Below are positions 59,121 to 64,000 of a stretch of DNA of 64,000 nt, piece by piece. The notes under the pieces are model-generated. The model was given only the letters and a program-made list of their open reading frames with translations. It had not been told where the DNA came from and did not search any database. The stretch lies in assembly GCF_009914755.1 (NCBI RefSeq), contig NC_060931.1; one strand, written 5' to 3'. The position numbers and the translations under genes were made by a program. This DNA is from the human T2T-CHM13v2.0 reference genome, Homo sapiens. The stretch's first letter is position 1, and each line of letters opens with the position of its first letter.

Positions 59121-61342
59121 CATGTAATATTGGTTTTAAATCACTTTTAGCTTTATAGTAAGTGGTGTTAATAACTAAATGAGCAAACCTTTAAATCTTG
59201 AAATATATGTGCAAATATGAGTATGTGTATATATATAATTAGAAAATACATTTGATTTTACAGGAAAAAAGAAAATATGTGATTTTTAAAATTCATTGCT
59301 ACATCTCAGTGACATCCAGAAAGGGATGTAGGTTCTGCTATTATATCACTTCACTAATGTGTTTTTAACCAGTTACTGTAGTTCCCACAGTAAGCAAGTT
59401 AGGTAATGTATACGCATATTTGAGTGTCAGAATTAGGCCCATTTCTTCTCTATGTCAGTACAAGGGCTATGATGACTAACTCTTGAGTATCACAATTATG
59501 ATTCACCAGCACAGTTTAAATTGGAGACCCTAATTATATCCTTCTCACTTCAAGGCAGACTTGAACTGCCAAATGGAAATCCAAGGAGGCAATGGCATAT
59601 TTTCATTCGAATTTTGTTAGTATTTCTGCTAGACTGTCCTCTAATAAAATGCAAACTACATTTACTGTACTTTCAGATGAAAAAGACTCTTTAGTTCCAA
59701 AGTTGTCTTGTTTCTCAAGTTTTCATTAGTGTTCTTGCCATTTTCTTATATGGGAATTTTCTAGTCCTTTTGATGGTCACTTTGTTTTAGCAGCTGGGAG
59801 CTTTTTTCAGCCTGCAAAACAATTATTAGTCCTTTCGGTCCATCATAAGTTTTTAAGATTTCCAAGCTGTAAGTAATCATTTTGACCTACCACCCTTATT
59901 GCTCACTGTTGAAATATCCTTGGCTGTAGTATGCTATCTTCCTTTTTCTGTTTGCTGGTAATTCTTTTGGAATGGGAGGATGAAGATCTTTTTACAAACA
60001 AGTTTTTAAGTTGTGTCTTACATTGAAAACAAAGTCCTCTGCATTGATTCTTGGCATAATCTGGGTTTTTCCTCATTTATCCATTTACATTTCCCAATGC
60101 CTCCATTTGTAATTTTCAAATCATCAAAATCTGTTCTACCACCTGAATCAACATCCAACCATGTGGTAGGGCCTTTGTGGGAATGACTTTATTTGATTTT
60201 GGAAACTGGTCACAAGACTTAATATAACAGCATGTAGTTGTTTTATTTCCACCTTTCTCATATTATAGGAAAGAAAATATCTTTTTTCAACAAGGAAGGA
60301 GAATTGCCTGTTGGCTAGACCCTGAGTGGGAGGTGAAGTTTTCTGTGCTTTTCAGTGGGTTCCTTTTGTGTAGAAACCCAGTTATCCCCTCCTCCCACTC
60401 CACCTAATGTATTCCTCTAGAATTCCTATGCGTTTTCCTCCCCCTCTACACAACAAGACCCTAATTATATTTTTTCTGCAGTCACCATTTGCATGTTCTT
60501 GACTGCATAATGTTTTGCTTACAGCATCAAAAGGACTTTTTATCTCTTGTTCATGATGAATATTGTCCCAGTTAATTTATGTGTGTCTTTATGGTATCTC
60601 ACGCTGCGTGACTCTGACTGGTACTGGGAATGCCATTCTTCTCTGGTTCTCATGCTTATGTGACTAGTGTTAACCACTTACAACCCAGCCCTTCTGTTAG
60701 ACCACTTACAAGCAGTACAAACTAGGCAGTTGCTATATGGTTTTAAAATGTAGTTTTTAATTTTATCAAAGTTATGCATGCACATAGTATGGCTAGTTCT
60801 TGATTTTTTCTGTTGGAGATAGTAGATATGCCTTTTCTACTATGGAAAATGATGATTCAGCTCTCTTTCATTGCTTGCTTCCCCCCATCCCCATACTTCC
60901 TGTCCTTCTCTATTCTTTCATTGTATCATATAGTTTCAGCTACACCAATGTTTAGGGTTTATATTTTTGTGACATTGTACATGCTATTCACAGCTGAACT
61001 ATGATATGACTGCATTTTTAAAAAATAACGTTATTTTGTTATCTCTTGATTTAATAAATGTAATTATCTCTTGAGTTGGGGGGCCTTAGTTTTCTGTGCC
61101 TTAAAACTAGCCCACCCTAACCTTTCCCTTTGTTGTACGAATCTCTTAATACAAAACACTTAAGGAAAAGCTTGAAATGTCCTTTCACCATTATCCACAA
61201 GAGTACTATTGCCTGTCTTGTTTTTTCCCTCTTGCCTGGGATCTCATGACTTACTCTTCAGTTATTATCCATTTTTGAGGCCTTGGGTGTTTCAGTATAT
61301 GTATGTTCGTATTGCTCTTACCCTTGATTAGTAGTTTGGCTG

Positions 61343-61641
61343 GGCCAGGCACAGTGGCTCATGCCTGTAATCCGAGTACTTTGGGAGGCCAAGGCAGGTG
61401 GATCTTTTGAGGCCAAGAGTTTGAGACCAGCCTATGCAACATGGCAAGATCCTGTCTGTACTGAAAATACAAAAGCTAGCTGGGTGTGGTGGCATGTACC
61501 TGTAGTCCCAGCTACTTGGGAAGCTGAAGCAGGAAAATCACATGAACCCAGGAGGCAGAGGTTATGGTGAGCCAAGATTGCGCCACTGCCCTCCAGCCTG
61601 GGTGACAGAGTGAGACCCTGTTTCAAAAAAAAAAAAAAAAA
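61343..61641 (+). mobile_element. Alu inserted within old reverse-strand L1-like sequence
   Basis: Full Alu. GTTTGGCTGG ... AGAATTCTAGGCTGGAAATACTTTT flanks resemble reverse L1 ORF1. Confidence 0.88.
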
Positions 61642-62583
61642 TCGGAACACTAACAAGAATTCTAGGCTGGAAATACTTTTCCATAAGAATTTTGAAGAAA
61701 TGTCTTCTGTGTCTGGTATTTCTGTTGAGCAATTTAGTTGCTTGATAAGTTTTACATACCACTTGTTTTTTTATCACCCCGGAAACTTCAGATAATTGCT
61801 TTGTTCCCAGTATTCTGAAATCTCACAGTAATCAATGTACTTTGTGTGAATCCACTTTCAGTCTTTGTGCTGGGTTCCCAGACAGCCATGTACTTGGAAA
61901 CAATCTTTCATTTCTGGGAGATTTATTGAGATTTTTCAAAAAATTTCCTTTCCTTTGTTTTCTCATTCTGTCTATTCGATGTATTTTTTTGGATATTTGA
62001 CAGGTCTGCCCTTTTTCTCTTCTTTTTGCTACTATTTTCTAGGTCTTTGACCTTTTTTCTATTTTCTGAAAGATAATCTTAGGTTTCTCTTAATGCTTCC
62101 ATTGAGTTTTTTACTTTTCCTATCATATTTTTTATTTCCAAGAACTCTTTATTTATGAAATATTTTTATAGTATTCTCTTCCCTCCATCCCTCCCACTTC
62201 TGTTGCAGTATCTTTCACCTTTCTCTCTAGAGAGATCTGTGATACAATTTTTTCTTTTGAAGTTTTGGGTTCATCCTTTGCTCCTCTCTCCTCACATCCA
62301 GACTTATTCTCCATGGGTTTGGAAAAAAAGGGTGATGTCCTTTGAGTTGAACTACAGACCCTTTACCTTTAATCCACTCATTCTTTTCCACCAAATCTGA
62401 CATGTGGTTTGTCATCTTCACTTCTTATCAACAGTATATGATCCCTGCTTTGTTCAAGACCTGGCTCCAAGTCGACCTTCCACAAGGTTTTGCTAGAGTC
62501 TAAACCAAAACTCTTTCCAAACCCAAACTTCCAGTCACCACACCAAACTACTTCTGCAGACTCATGTGTCCATTTCACTGTGA

Positions 62584-62955
<372 letters not shown>

Positions 62956-62984
62956 CTAAGGAAAAAAAGCTACATAATATCTAT

Positions 62985-63520
62985 ATCCCTGTCAGTCCTC
63001 TGAAGCCCCACAAAATCAAAACCATTTTTATAATGATACCAAGATATTCACGTCTTTCACACATTCTCTCATACTTTTACAGTGGAGTTTTCTAGAGTTT
63101 AAAGATGTGTGATATTGCAGTAAATTGAATGCAGTGGATATGAAAATTGATCTGTCTGCCATTAAGCCAGGCATTAAAGAGAATTTGCAAGAGTATAAAA
63201 CAGTACTATCCTTCTCACTAATTTTTTTTTGTTAAATAAATACTATAAAATGTTTTGTTTTAATTTCTTAAAATAAATATCCATAGATTGAACCTCCATA
63301 AACAAAAACTCCCTTTGGAATGCTTTGGAGTTAGGATTCCAAAGAGTTTTTGGGTTAGGATCCAAAACTTTGGAATTAGGGTTCCAAAGTTTAGAATCCT
63401 AATCCTTTGTAATTAGGATTCCAGAGTCTTTTTCCAAAGGATACTTTGGAATCCTAATTCCAAATGTACATTTTAAGTGTCAAGAGGTCATGAGACCAAA
63501 AAGTTTAGCACATCTGTCCT
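62985..63520. mobile_element. hAT-Charlie-like DNA transposon remnant
   Basis: TCAAAACCATTTTTATAATGATAC...TACAGTGGAGTTTTCTAGAG...TGAGACCAAAAAGTTT resembles the recalled Charlie1-type consensus. Confidence 0.55.
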
Positions 63521-63589
63521 GAAGCTGTAGATATACATATATGGCTCATTACATCTATTAAATATTTAAGTACTCTGCAATAAGTTATT

Positions 63590-63999
<410 letters not shown>

Positions 64000-64000
64000 G

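Noticed and set aside
59670-59700. TTTCAG|ATGAAAAAGA, resembling the expected start of BZW2 exon 3 (D-E-K)
   Set aside because: The frame continues ACT/CTC...TAG and does not give the expected EKFEP continuation; it hits a stop within a few codons. It is at most a decoy acceptor, and exon 3 appears to lie beyond the window.
63313-63464. Palindromic repeats resembling a CRISPR array
   Set aside because: No unique spacers of regular length, mixed orientation, eukaryotic intron and no cas genes.

Overview
Primate (recognisably human; from recall chr7p21) genomic DNA holding a head-to-head gene pair on one CpG island (~34.3-36.4 kb). On the minus strand are ANKMY2 coding exons 1-6, whose GT-AG junctions I traced by hand into one open frame of 746 nt; the gene continues off the left edge. 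On the plus strand are BZW2 (5MP1, eIF5-mimic) non-coding exon 1 and first coding exon 2; the gene continues off the right edge. The rest is intronic: about 30 Alu pieces, old L1/L2, two LTR elements, hAT DNA-transposon remnants and microsatellites. Most entries in the ORF track are Alu- or GC-derived noise. The best candidate for an undescribed mechanism is the BZW2 leader. A (CTG)7CCG(CTG)3 repeat is in frame with the poor-context main AUG when exon 1 uses its first donor, and is closed by a stop when a second donor 16 nt downstream is used; the encoded protein itself represses non-AUG initiation. Other unexplained structure: a complex insertion in ANKMY2 intron 4 (G4 motif, GC-rich orphan block, ~277-bp non-Alu inverted duplication with hairpin junctions), a self-complementary mosaic at 63.3 kb and a 99-bp tandem triplication. 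No bacterial-type systems, CRISPR arrays or RNA genes were seen. Repeat family names come from recalled consensus sequences and their boundaries are approximate.
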